DNA from: Trypanosoma brucei
Lineage: Eukaryota
NCBI GenBank assembly: GCA_000002445.1
Contig: AE017150.2
Coordinates: 448,001 to 512,000 of the forward strand
DNA: 64,000 nt
Reading direction: 5' to 3'
The position numbers were made by a program, and so were the translations under genes. Below the pieces are notes generated by a model. That model made no database searches. It was given only the letters and a program-made list of their open reading frames with translations, and was not told the origin of the DNA. Positions 48,414 through 59,089 of the stretch are shown here, piece after piece (within the stretch, counting starts at the first letter, position 1; every line of letters begins with the position of its first letter).

Positions 48414-48546
48414 CCTTGTAACGGAAAGTTGTTTGAATAATAAAGAATATTAGCTAGTGACGATAAGGGTGTGGTAAAATAGATGAAAAGAAAGGGGGAA
48501 ACGAGAGGCTTGAGCGACAGGTCACACGACAGGTGTAAGAAGTCAT
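47602..48546. repeat. Tandem duplication unit 2
   Basis: Matches 46286-47226 except for a small indel ('aaag') near 48487-48492 in the upstream flank. Confidence 0.85.
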
Positions 48547-49928
48547 TATTTATGCAGTGTGACAATTTCCGTTGGCCGAACGGTCCCAACTGTTCTCGAC
48601 AAGCGTCCTCCGAGTGTTATCTGTTGAATGTACAAAGGTAATCTGGCACCGAATAGTTGATTGGCGAGTAGACGGCACTGCATTGCGTGATCTGGGAGCG
48701 CCGCACCGGAAGTGGGCTCAGGCACAAACTGCGAGGTGCCGCGGCACATTTTTGCTATTGCACCGATTTGAAAGGAACGAACTCATTGGGGGGGGGGCCG
48801 TCGAGAACCTTGCGATATAAGGTGGAGCTTTCGGGCGTAAAAGCTGCTAATGTGCAGTCACCCATACGAAAAAAAATAAAAAATAAACCACCCTTTTTGC
48901 CTCACAAGTATGTTCAAATCGGCAGAAAGTCGGGGACTAAACATGCACCACCGAAAGAACGCACACGATCTTCATAAAATCAGTGGTGTCATCATCCCAC
49001 CCATCTTTCTGCAGTACAAGTAATGGTGGTGGAAGAGATGATGGTAGCGTCACTTTAAAGTAGAAGCGCTATTTAGTTCCGTCGCGAGCTAGTGTGAAAG
49101 TAAAAATACAAAAGGATCATGTGAGTATTCAAGTCCCGACACTCACGTTGGGCACACATGTCTGCGGCATCTCCAGTACTTTTTCCCCATCAAAACAACA
49201 CCCATCTTCGTGCGCCGACGCGCGGGCGGAAGCACATCTAAGAACATCACGCGTTTGTGTGTTTGTACGCAATACGGCGTGCACGTGAGTGCCGAATGAA
49301 AGAAACTTCAGAAAGGATAAGGGGCACAAAGGAATCATTGCAGTGAATAAAACAAAAAAAAAGAGTAATGATGGCAGATGACATTTTGTGGGTGTGAGAC
49401 GAACAGGGCAAGAACTAAAAAAATAAAACGGGAAGGATCGTTACCCCCGCGTTGGAGTCGTATGGTGTGTATGTTTGCTCTTAATAATAAGTACCACAGC
49501 CGTTTGGACACTTACCCAAACAGTCACGGCCGCTGAACTTCCATGTAGTGAGACCATCACGCCTTCCTGTGGGTCCACTTCCCTTGTTGAAACCGTTCTT
49601 AATGTTAGTAGCCTGAATACATTCTAACGTGCGGGCACGCAAGAGCGAGAAAACAAAACATCTTCCGCGAAACAACGTTGCCCGCAGCTCGTGGTGCACC
49701 CGTAGCGCAAACCAACAAACAGTGCGCATTTAATAATTTGGACAATTGCCACATGCGCTAGTCAAGCATATACGTAAACAACCGCAGCATGAACCAATCA
49801 ACCATGCCTCTTGATGACTAAACACATGCGAAGCACTCGAGCAAGCAGTTTACCGGTCCTCGCGTATTCATTGAGGCAGTGCCGGGGCTGTGATCGATAC
49901 CGTTCTGATGAAACTTCAACTGTGAGCC

Positions 49929-52241
49929 TCACATAGGGTCCGAAACACCGTGCCTGCGGGATCTATGTACTGCAGCCTCTTGAAGTACCTGCCGAAGTAA
50001 CAGCAAACCGTAGGGAATCAAACGCGCCTCTCCTGCACCCGGCGCTGCGTGGGATGCCCTGTCACCCCCTAACGCATCAGGTTCCTCGCCGCCAGTTTCT
50101 TGTGCGTAGTTGGGCACTGAACCACTTAAGCCCGTGAGTGTCCTACTGCCCCTGGCGCCGGCAACATTCGTTGAAAAAGCAGGAGCATATATGTCTTCAG
50201 TTTTGTGCAGAAGTGGCTGCGGTTGAAACGCCGCCGTCACTTCATTTGTGGCCTTGCAGGTGCCGCCTTCAAATGGATGTTCGGTAAGTTCACCGGATGC
50301 TGGAAAGAGTCGTGCATAAGTCGGTGGCAACGGAGCAGCGGAACATGACGAGGGTGGCTGCTCCCGGCCACGATTACCGCTCTTGTCATCCGCATCATCG
50401 GCAGGGCCGCTTTGACCTCGACCTTCTCTGCCACGCTGCGTCGAGCCGCCTACTGAAATCGGGGGTGCCGTGTGCGCTTCCCACGGGTGTGAGGTGGTGC
50501 TCTCCCCGCTTTGCTTGCTCACCGAAGCGGGACCCGCGCTCGCTCCCGTGGCTTCTGTGAGCGTAGAGCCTCCACACGTTCCTATGTCATCATCGGTTAC
50601 TATGGTGCTTACGCCAGCAGCAAGTGGGCATGATGTGCGCGATGCCGCACCAGCGTAGGAGTCTTGCAGGGTGCTGGACTTCAAACCGGCGTGATCAGCA
50701 TTAATGGCGCCGGCACATTGACGCGTAGTGGGGGGGAGGGCCGTTATCTTGGACAACATCGAGCGGTTTAATGGACCGTCATCCTTTTGCCCTGTGAGCA
50801 TCGGCGACTTTGCACAACCAACGTCGACCATCTCGATTAGTTGGCTAGGGGCCTTCAATTCGCCTTCACTTTCATCCACCAAGTCCCCTCGAGTTACAGG
50901 TGAACTGGAAACCTCTTTGCCCAAGACTGGTGTCACGGGCGTAACGGTTGCACTAACGGACACGTGTGAGTGGGGTGCCTCCTCTACATCGTGCATACTT
51001 CTTTCCTCTTTACTGCAAAAGTCTGTCCCAGATATGGAAACGACACCGTCTTCAGTGCGAAAAAGACTTTCAACGGTGTCTTCTGCGGCCGCATTGGGTG
51101 AGGGTTCGTGCAGTGATGCTTCTAGCTTATCAGTCGGTAAACGGGGGCCGTTCAACACCTCCCCACGTGGCTGCTCGCGCTGTTTACCCCACCAACACTG
51201 CAGATCACCAACTTCACCGTTATGATAACGGTGAACATTTTTACTATTGCTATAGTCAGCACTTCTTCCAACGTCACTGCTGTCGGTTCTGTCGCCGCCC
51301 CTCCCGTTCTCATGTAATGCCATTTCGCCCGCCGTACTGCACAACGAAAAGGTGGTGCCATCAGCGGGAAGTTCTTCACTGCAATGGATAGGTTCTCTCT
51401 GCCCTTTACACCCTCCTTGTTGCACGTCTAAGCAAGGTGGGCTGTCAACCAGTTCAGTTTGCGTATCGCTTTCAGCAGCCTCGGGCACTTTCAAGTTATC
51501 CACTGTCTCGGAGGCGCTGACCTTCCCATTAGTGTCGTGACCTTTACTGAGAGCCATTTCATCCCCGCACGTTAGCGGCCGTCCTGTCTCTTCTCCTATT
51601 CTCCTGCCCGACATCAGCCCACTCGTGGCCCCGTCACTGTGTTCAATGTTGGTAGTCAATCTCCCTTTGTTCGTCTCGGGTCCGGCCGCAGGATAGCCGT
51701 CTTTACCCTTAGCCTCACCAAAGCCCTCGTCTCGTGCTGTTGGCGGTTCCTCCATGAGGGTTTCGTCATTCCATATAATTCCCCTCGTGCGATTTCTGGA
51801 GGGCGGGGCGCGTCCACCGGAGGGAGTAGATGATTTTTTAGGAGAGTTAGGAGTTGTGCAGTCCGTAACCTCCCCATGAAGACCCAGGAAACGAACCCGT
51901 CGGTGAACAGCACTTTCCAAATCAACCCACTGCGAGTCCGCTACGGAAACAACCGCGGATAGAATGATTTGTAAACACGCAACCTTTTCAGCTACTTGAT
52001 CATTGCACACGTTCACCTCTCCTCCTACACAGGGCGACGAAGCGCAGAGGGTGGCGAGAGAGTCAACCACACCAATGGCCCGTCGAACCGCTGCGAGAGC
52101 CTCTTCCGATGGATTACCAAAATCGCCGCTGTAAGGTCCTTCAATATGCGGCTCGGATGGAAGTGAAAGAGGAGCTGGGGATGAACCCGCCGCGGCGGTA
52201 CACTGTCTTTGATATCGTTCGTAGTGTGGTTGCCCTGACAT
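49929..52241 (-). CDS. Hypothetical low-complexity protein (Ser/Gly/Ala/Pro-rich)
   Basis: This is a long minus-strand ORF. The ORF-track start is GTG. An ATG follows at 52425-52427 but is translated through T-rich UTR-like sequence. A polyY tract (about 52310-52330 on minus) plus a downstream AG precede ATG 52239-52241 ('MSGQPHYERYQRQ'), which I chose as the start. The alternative upstream ATG at 52425-52427 is possible. Confidence 0.45.
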   Translation of the reverse strand: MSGQPHYERYQRQCTAAAGSSPAPLSLPSEPHIEGPYSGDFGNPSEEALAAVRRAIGVVDSLATLCASSPCVGGEVNVCNDQVAEKVACLQIILSAVVSVADSQWVDLESAVHRRVRFLGLHGEVTDCTTPNSPKKSSTPSGGRAPPSRNRTRGIIWNDETLMEEPPTARDEGFGEAKGKDGYPAAGPETNKGRLTTNIEHSDGATSGLMSGRRIGEETGRPLTCGDEMALSKGHDTNGKVSASETVDNLKVPEAAESDTQTELVDSPPCLDVQQGGCKGQREPIHCSEELPADGTTFSLCSTAGEMALHENGRGGDRTDSSDVGRSADYSNSKNVHRYHNGEVGDLQCWWGKQREQPRGEVLNGPRLPTDKLEASLHEPSPNAAAEDTVESLFRTEDGVVSISGTDFCSKEERSMHDVEEAPHSHVSVSATVTPVTPVLGKEVSSSPVTRGDLVDESEGELKAPSQLIEMVDVGCAKSPMLTGQKDDGPLNRSMLSKITALPPTTRQCAGAINADHAGLKSSTLQDSYAGAASRTSCPLAAGVSTIVTDDDIGTCGGSTLTEATGASAGPASVSKQSGESTTSHPWEAHTAPPISVGGSTQRGREGRGQSGPADDADDKSGNRGREQPPSSCSAAPLPPTYARLFPASGELTEHPFEGGTCKATNEVTAAFQPQPLLHKTEDIYAPAFSTNVAGARGSRTLTGLSGSVPNYAQETGGEEPDALGGDRASHAAPGAGEARLIPYGLLLLRQVLQEAAVHRSRRHGVSDPM

Positions 52242-52795
52242 GGTCTTTAGAACGATTCTTCCCCTCCTGTTTACACCAGAAACTGCCTTTACCAAGGGTA
52301 TCCACGTGCATGGGGGAAAAAGGAAATGAGTGGGCAAGCATAAGAAGAAACTCAACCGAGAGTCTTTGTGTGCCAGAGCATAAAATAAGTGTGTGAACAA
52401 CAAAGTGCGACACATACAAACGAGCATCACATACCAACAGTTTTATACGTCTGTTTATCAATAACTCGGACTTTAATCACAGCGACTGTGTCATACGCCA
52501 TAACCCAGCGGTAACGACGCTGGCAGGGGAGTTAGTAGAGTACTGCGCCGTGCTGCTCCGCAGCAACCTCTCCACGCCAATGACGACCCCCTTCCCCGTA
52601 AAGACCTACCCATGCACACTTACCAGTTTCGATCAGCGGAAAGGCCACATTACTTTGTAAAAGCGATGCGCACAATGACAACAACAGCAAAAAAGTGTGA
52701 ACTTACGGCAACAAGCTAAACTCGAAAGAGTCTTGTTCCTCGCCCCTCACCCACCTCTTTCCGTTTTACGACGTGCCACAAGGGTGCCACAATTG

Positions 52796-53335
52796 TCATT
52801 CCCTTTTAACCCTCCCTACATCCGGTGTCTGCGGCTGCAGGAAATCCATGGCAGTACTTAGATGCTCATCGATGGCAGTGAACGGGTCTGCTACAAAGGC
52901 AGGCATCTGTGTGACTTGATCAAAGAGGGCCAACTCCTCTCGTGCCGTATTCATGCGGTTTGTTGCCGCCGTGATCCGAGAATTCGACTCGATTACACGA
53001 GAGGCAACCCTCGCTGCCGCGCGGCGTGTCTGCGCCTGCGGGCTTCTCTTACCCCGTCGACTAGAGTTAGTTCCTGTGCCGTGAGACGGTCCAGATGGTT
53101 TACCACCTTCTTTCAGCACGACGGTGGATGCAGAAGTTGCAGCGACCTTATTAGCCTTGCCGGTACTTACTTTTTTCCCCTCACGTCGTTCCTTCTTTGC
53201 CCCGGTTGTGCCGCCGACTAGTCTTGACGGCTTCATTTTTTCGGTTACTGCAGTTTTGGAGCGGTCACCAACGGATTTATTGTCGGCTTGCTTTACCGCT
53301 GGCCTCCGGGGCCCCTGAGAACGAGGCTTCACCAT
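52796..53335 (-). CDS. Hypothetical small basic (Lys/Arg/Ser-rich) protein
   Basis: 179-aa ORF with ATG confirmed at 53333-53335. The composition is highly basic ('KKERREGKKVSTGKANK...SRRGKRSPQAQTRRAAARV'), suggestive of nucleic-acid-binding or nucleolar proteins. There is no specific motif. Confidence 0.45.
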   Translation of the reverse strand: MVKPRSQGPRRPAVKQADNKSVGDRSKTAVTEKMKPSRLVGGTTGAKKERREGKKVSTGKANKVAATSASTVVLKEGGKPSGPSHGTGTNSSRRGKRSPQAQTRRAAARVASRVIESNSRITAATNRMNTAREELALFDQVTQMPAFVADPFTAIDEHLSTAMDFLQPQTPDVGRVKRE

Positions 53336-53835
53336 TTGCTAAGAGTCTCATCAGATGTTTTGAGTAGGTAGGGACATGAGAGTGGAGAAAGGGGTTGAAA
53401 GCAAGTATGGGTTGTGACTGCTGCATGCTGCACATATGCACGAGAGAGCATCGAGTTCAGCATTAGTAGTGGTTGAACTCCAATCGTGTCCTTCCAGCCG
53501 TAGGAGCCGTGGGAAAGCGCTGTAGTCGGACCCACTTCACCTTTGGCCGTTCAAAGGAAACTTTAAACAAGTGAGCGTAGTTCAAATAAATCCAAAAGAT
53601 GAAAGGAAGTTACAAAGCGGCAACCAAGCTATACGGAGGCGACCCTGACGGAAAGTGGGTGTTTGTGAAGAAAGGCTAAAAGAGGGGTATTAAAATAAAA
53701 TATACATCCATCGGATGAAAAGGCTGTGAAGAACAAAGAAAAATAGGCAAACAGGGTACTGTGTCAACCTTGTCCACACCCTGCTGAGCCAAAAAAGGAA
53801 AGATAGGCGAGTGCCGTTGTTTCCGCCCTTTTCGC

Positions 53836-55563
53836 TCACCAAAAAACGCGGAGCAGGCCATATTTCATTGCTTCCGCTAGCGCTTGTGGTGACTCGGTTA
53901 CGCGACGCCCACGGAGTAGAAACGACGACCTCGGCAGCGGTGCCCACACCTCAGCCAGTTTGAGTACGCCATCAGAAGATTGCACCTCCCCGCTGTTCTG
54001 CAACTGTTTGCTATTTCTACTCTCTTTACGCTGCGACGCACCGCAGCTCAGGAAGCGGAGGTGATTCGTGTGAGGGTGGTCACGAGAGCCTTGCTGTGGC
54101 TGCATATTGGTTGTTTCTAGTAGCTGCTCAGCAACAACTAACTTCTCAGAAGCGGTTAATGCGGTGCCGGAAGCATAATAATATAAAATAGTGGAAAGTG
54201 ACCCCATTAGGGCGCCCTTTGCTTGACTTTGTGGGAAAAAATTAGCGCGCAACGTGCGACACAACGACTGCCGTGCCCACAAAAGGGGTGCAACAGCATC
54301 ACGTGCCGCGTCAGCGACACTGGTACGATGCCCTATTGTTGCTTCTTCAGTTTGTGGCCACAATGTGGTATGTGGCTTGCACAGCCACTCATGGTGATCC
54401 GTTCCTGTATTGAAGCGAAGCGCAAAAAATGTGCTCTCACAGCAAGGGCGGATGATCCACACGCCCACACCCACACTATCGCTGGATGCGAACCTTGGTT
54501 CCCTTTCTGCCTCATCAGCGCCAGATGAAAAGTTATCCCCGCCTTTGTGAGTCCTAAACGGGGTGTCAGCAGCGGAGTTTTGGTGCGATAGGCAGTGTGG
54601 ACACGACAGCTCACCGTTTCTTTGCTGTCGACGGATGTGAGAAGCAAAGTCTTTCAAGTTCAACGTCTCCGTGCCGGGATCGGTCAACCCCGGAATGTGG
54701 TGCAGCACCGCAACATGTTGAAGCCATACGGGGTGGTTTGACATCTTCTTTTCCTTCTCGGAATGGCGCTTGGTGCTGTTACTCTTGTTGCGGCTGGCGA
54801 TGATGCCGCCGCGGTGAGGCCACCCTTTATCAGAGCGGCGGAAACCACCGAACTCCCGCAGGAAGCCGCCGTCTTCCATGACAGCACGTGCCATACCCGT
54901 TTGGCATCTTCTCGTCATTTGGCTGTCCGGAAGAAGGAAACGTGGTGGAATGAAAATATTGTACACGGCGGGGGTAACAAATATCTTTGGAACGCCATTC
55001 GACCCCCCAGTGATCCTACTGTTGAAATCGCTGACCTTCTTTTCTCCACATTCCGCTTGAATGGAGGTGCTAACTCTTTGCAACTGGACGCGCTCCCACG
55101 GGATCGGTTGGCAGCACGCGCGCAGTCGGCCAACCGTAATAAATGCATGGCTTCGTGCACTGTCACGAGTACCTAACGGGATCGGGCCCCTCTTATTGAT
55201 ATCATCGGCGTTGTGGACGGCACGGGCTACTTTTACTTCTTCCGCTGCTCGTTTTGGGGGAAATATTATCTCCAACCGCTCTAATATAGTGGAGGGTGTA
55301 AGAACTATTTCACTGCAGCGCCTCTCGCCGCGAACTGCAAGACGTGGCGGCAAGGTATATGTGTTGACCGTTTCACGCATCTCGGCTTTGACGGTGTGGT
55401 CGGTTTTTGAAGTCGGTACCTTCCCGCGGTCGTTGGGCGGCGGCTTTGAGTCCAACAATGTGAAGGAGTGGAGCGGTACCACGCGCAGATGTGAAAATAT
55501 CGATTTCAGCAGAGCGGTGGAGCGCTGCAAGAACAGTGGCGGCGAGCGCAAAAGGCCACACAT
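53836..55563 (-). CDS. Hypothetical protein
   Basis: 575-aa ORF with ATG confirmed at 55561-55563. It is on the transcribed strand with complex, non-repetitive composition. No domain is recognisable by eye. Confidence 0.5.
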   Translation of the reverse strand: MCGLLRSPPLFLQRSTALLKSIFSHLRVVPLHSFTLLDSKPPPNDRGKVPTSKTDHTVKAEMRETVNTYTLPPRLAVRGERRCSEIVLTPSTILERLEIIFPPKRAAEEVKVARAVHNADDINKRGPIPLGTRDSARSHAFITVGRLRACCQPIPWERVQLQRVSTSIQAECGEKKVSDFNSRITGGSNGVPKIFVTPAVYNIFIPPRFLLPDSQMTRRCQTGMARAVMEDGGFLREFGGFRRSDKGWPHRGGIIASRNKSNSTKRHSEKEKKMSNHPVWLQHVAVLHHIPGLTDPGTETLNLKDFASHIRRQQRNGELSCPHCLSHQNSAADTPFRTHKGGDNFSSGADEAEREPRFASSDSVGVGVWIIRPCCESTFFALRFNTGTDHHEWLCKPHTTLWPQTEEATIGHRTSVADAARDAVAPLLWARQSLCRTLRANFFPQSQAKGALMGSLSTILYYYASGTALTASEKLVVAEQLLETTNMQPQQGSRDHPHTNHLRFLSCGASQRKESRNSKQLQNSGEVQSSDGVLKLAEVWAPLPRSSFLLRGRRVTESPQALAEAMKYGLLRVFW

Positions 55564-56176
55564 GAGAGGGCGACAGAAATGCCGTTCCCCTGCTACTCAA
55601 GCACTTGTCTTAAGCACGTGGGAAAGAAGAGTTTGGTTTTGCATGGATGTGTCGTAATGGAAAATAAGTATGGTAGAAGCAATCGTGTGAACAGGTTACT
55701 AATCGAATAAGCATGAGGGTTCACTTGATGAGTCTACATAGTTGGACTGAGTTATACAGAAAAAAAGGGAAGGAAGAAAAAAAGATACACTCACTGCACT
55801 AACTACAATGTGTGTCATCCATCCGTACCAAAATACACTGCCACTCACATGAAAGCATGATTGCCGTAAGATGGTGACACGCATATCCCAGCCCCTTAAA
55901 CCCCTTAAATGCCTATGGGAAAGGGAGACCGCGGCAGTCTTATTGACCAAAGATAGACGTACGATAGATGTCAACGGCCCCCTTTGAAGCAGCCAAGCAA
56001 GCAACTGGACAATGATGACGATCGGCTACCGCGCAGTGAACGCTGTAAAAACAACACTCTGGGGACCCGCCGCATAAAATAGGTACGAAACGAATAGGTA
56101 ACAGAACCAAAGGTGTAGACGACGTTGAGAACTGCGATAAAATGACAGAGGGGGGGGGGTAAGGAAAGGGCTACCA

Positions 56177-56677
56177 TTATTCGTCATCGTCATCAGCAGA
56201 GTTGTTCTTCTCCCCGTTGCTCCAAAGATCTGTGCTTACCCCTTGGCGACGGACCAGTTCTTCGACATACTCTGATGAAGGAATTTCATCCCTTAACTGA
56301 TTGAGCGAGGGCAAAATGCGATCCAATTGTGATGCACTCGGTGGATCCAAATCTGCGGGGAAGCACTCCGAGTTGCTATCACTAAATAAAGCGCGGCCCT
56401 TTGTTTCTGCGGCATCGGGTGTGATGTTCCTCCCATGAGGTGAAGGGAGTGTCTTTTTGTTTTGAAAAACTGACCGCCGGGAATCAGTAAATGCGACAGC
56501 CTGGATATTTGCTATCATTGCCATGGCAGCGAGGGGTCGGTATGAGGGACCTCCAGCCCCACCACATGTCGAAAATTCCACTACTCCATTGCAAGAGGAA
56601 GAGGCAGTTGAGGATGAACGTATTCGGAGGCGGCGCACGCCTAAGGCAAGAATCCTTTCAGAGGTACGCGGAGACAT
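56177..56677 (-). CDS. Hypothetical small protein with Arg/Ser-rich N-terminus and acidic C-terminus
   Basis: The ORF-track start is TTG. The first ATG at 56675-56677 gives 'MSPRTSERILALGVRRLRIRSSSTASSS' (presequence-like) and a C-terminal '...NNSADDDDE'. Confidence 0.4.
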   Translation of the reverse strand: MSPRTSERILALGVRRLRIRSSSTASSSCNGVVEFSTCGGAGGPSYRPLAAMAMIANIQAVAFTDSRRSVFQNKKTLPSPHGRNITPDAAETKGRALFSDSNSECFPADLDPPSASQLDRILPSLNQLRDEIPSSEYVEELVRRQGVSTDLWSNGEKNNSADDDDE

Positions 56678-59089
56678 CGCGAAAGAGGGTCGCCCGCGGT
56701 TGCAAACCAAAGCTTAACTTCTAAAGGCAGGTGTCTTCGTTCTGCACACACAAAAACAAATGGCACCGCACGCCTAAGTCAGTTACCACCAAACAGCTGA
56801 TGTGTGACCACAATTTTTGTATCTACCTCACCCCACTTCCCACCTACGGACGAATTACCACAAAAATGTCACCTACGACTTTGGGTTCGAGAGGGTCAGT
56901 CTGAAAAAGGAAGACAAACGAGTAAAAATAAGAGAGAAGTGATGGAAACAAGGAAGAAAAGCGATTAAAAGGTAGTGGCTCCGAAGTGCACTTTACTCAT
57001 GCACATCTCAGGCCATTTCCCCTATTTACTGCCCCCAGAAATGCAAAGTCACGCTCCCAGAGCTCCCAGAGAACCCGAGTCTCTGGAATAAACAACGGCA
57101 CGCATACCAGAACACGGGATAACCATCGACCATTCGTTACTGCTCGCAGAAGCAACAAGCACCACTTCCCCACTCGTTACTGTGACCCATCCACTTCACT
57201 GACATTTGTACCAGTGAGGATTGCCGCTTTTAACAAAAGTGGCAAGGATACCGTACCGCACTGAGGACGTTGCCACACATAACCGAACTCCGAAGAGCTT
57301 TTTCCTTTTAATTATTCCTGACCGCAGTGACGACTGTGGCAAATACAATCGTACTTCATACAACAGAGGCGGCAAAGCGGGGCGCTGGGTTTTGGCAGAC
57401 TCCCGTTCGGGCAGTCAGTAGCCGTGCTGGTTTGCGTAACACCGGCACGCACGCGGATAAAACAAAAGCCGAGCATGCATAAAGAAGTGGTTGCAAGCCT
57501 TGCACGGCCGCATGCCTCTAAGAACCTGACGATATGGGAGTTTTTTCAGAGGACCCCATCCAATGAGCTCTCTCAGGTGTTGATGTGAAGTTTCCCCCTA
57601 TTATTCCTGTTCCTGTTCGTGTTCCCACTCTTTCCCACATTTTCCATCTGGCTTTGCGCATGAATTCAAGAAAGTGTACACGTATCAATGCGCCGCAGAG
57701 CCGCAACCGCACGGGACCTCACGCAACTGGCACACTGCGGGCATTAGCGCACAAAAGACAACACATCCCCTTCTCGACGTGAACCGCCTCGTCTCACCAA
57801 ACATATGTTAAAACCTTTTTTTTTAACAAAAAGAAAATACGTCGCAGGAGGTGTTCTGAAAAGAATGAGGGAAACAAATATTTCCCTGCTGTATTGCCCA
57901 TTTAGCGACTTCCGCAGAGTTGGTGGGTGCAACAGTAAATCAAGCAAAGATGCGCACGCAGATGTGCGTTGTCCTTGCTGCACACTTCATTGGGGAGATG
58001 CCCATTACAACAACCTGTTTCGTTTAGCTGGGTATATCGATGGCAAGATTTATGATTCTCTCTTGTTCCTTTCCATATTCTTACATCAGAGCAACAAGAG
58101 ATCAGACTGCTAAGAAGAGGGAGTCATGACGGAAAAGTAAGGCATTTATTAGTAACGATAAGGGAGAATACGGGAACATGTCTTACGAGGCAATGCCATA
58201 ACGATCGTCAAGTGACAGTGACAGTGGCACAACGTGTTAGGGAAGGGGGAAACAATCCGTTAATTTGCAGAAATAGCGGACGCCTAACAGGAATACAATC
58301 AACAACAAGTGGGGCCGGGTGGGGAAAGAAATAGTAAAGCGAGCGAAGGGAAAGAAAATAGAAGGGTACACGATTAATAACAAAAGGAAAAAAAAACACC
58401 AACAACTCGAAAATAGAAAGGTGTAAGTGAAAAAAAAGGTAAAACACTAGTTCGCCAACAAGTACAAGCAACACACGGGTAGAGGAGGGGGGGGGGGGTA
58501 AACGAACGAACACTTCACACCATACTTGTACTTACATAAGGAAGCACGGCAACCCTTTTGATGGTTTCCACCTGCCAAAACTTTCCCCCAGCACCTACAC
58601 ATTTTTCCCCCTCCCACGCTCCCAGTATCACACTGCATCTCGCCCTTCTCTCCCCTGTGTTCATTCCCATTGCTACAATAGGTGACGGGAAATACATTAG
58701 TAGAGGAGGGGGGGGGGGGGAGGAGGAAGCACACCAAACAAGCAAAACAAACACGGATGGAAGATCAAGGAACAAATTACCCAAGCACACTATTGGGATA
58801 AGTTAGCAAATTAACAAAAAACAAATTTAAGAAGAGATCAAAACTTTTTTAACGGTTAGTTTCACCCACTTTTCTCGAGTCCTTCAGTTCCTTCCCTCAT
58901 TATTCTTTCATAAGCCTGCCTTTTGCTTCCCTACGCTCTTGTCATCATTATCCAATCGCCATTCTCTCCGCTGTTTTGCCCCCTGTTACTTTAATACCGC
59001 TTCAACACATGAATGCACAATATTAACCGCGCTAGCCACAAAAAAAAAAAGTATCCCTAGGAACCTCATGTAAAGGGCACGGGCACTCA

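Noticed and set aside
49481-49729. 82-aa minus-strand ORF with ATG start and a Cys-rich C-terminus ('GRDCLGKCPNGCGTYY') in the 1.5-kb gap downstream of the VDAC pair.
   Set aside because: It is short with no recognisable family, and the first half is Arg/Leu-rich (a codon-composition artefact of GC-rich sequence). It cannot be supported as a gene without conservation or expression data. It is worth a quick TBLASTN only.
56880-56900. 'gggttcgagagggtcag' resembling a tRNA T-arm.
   Set aside because: It does not match GGTTCGAATCC, and no acceptor/D/anticodon arm arrangement is discernible.
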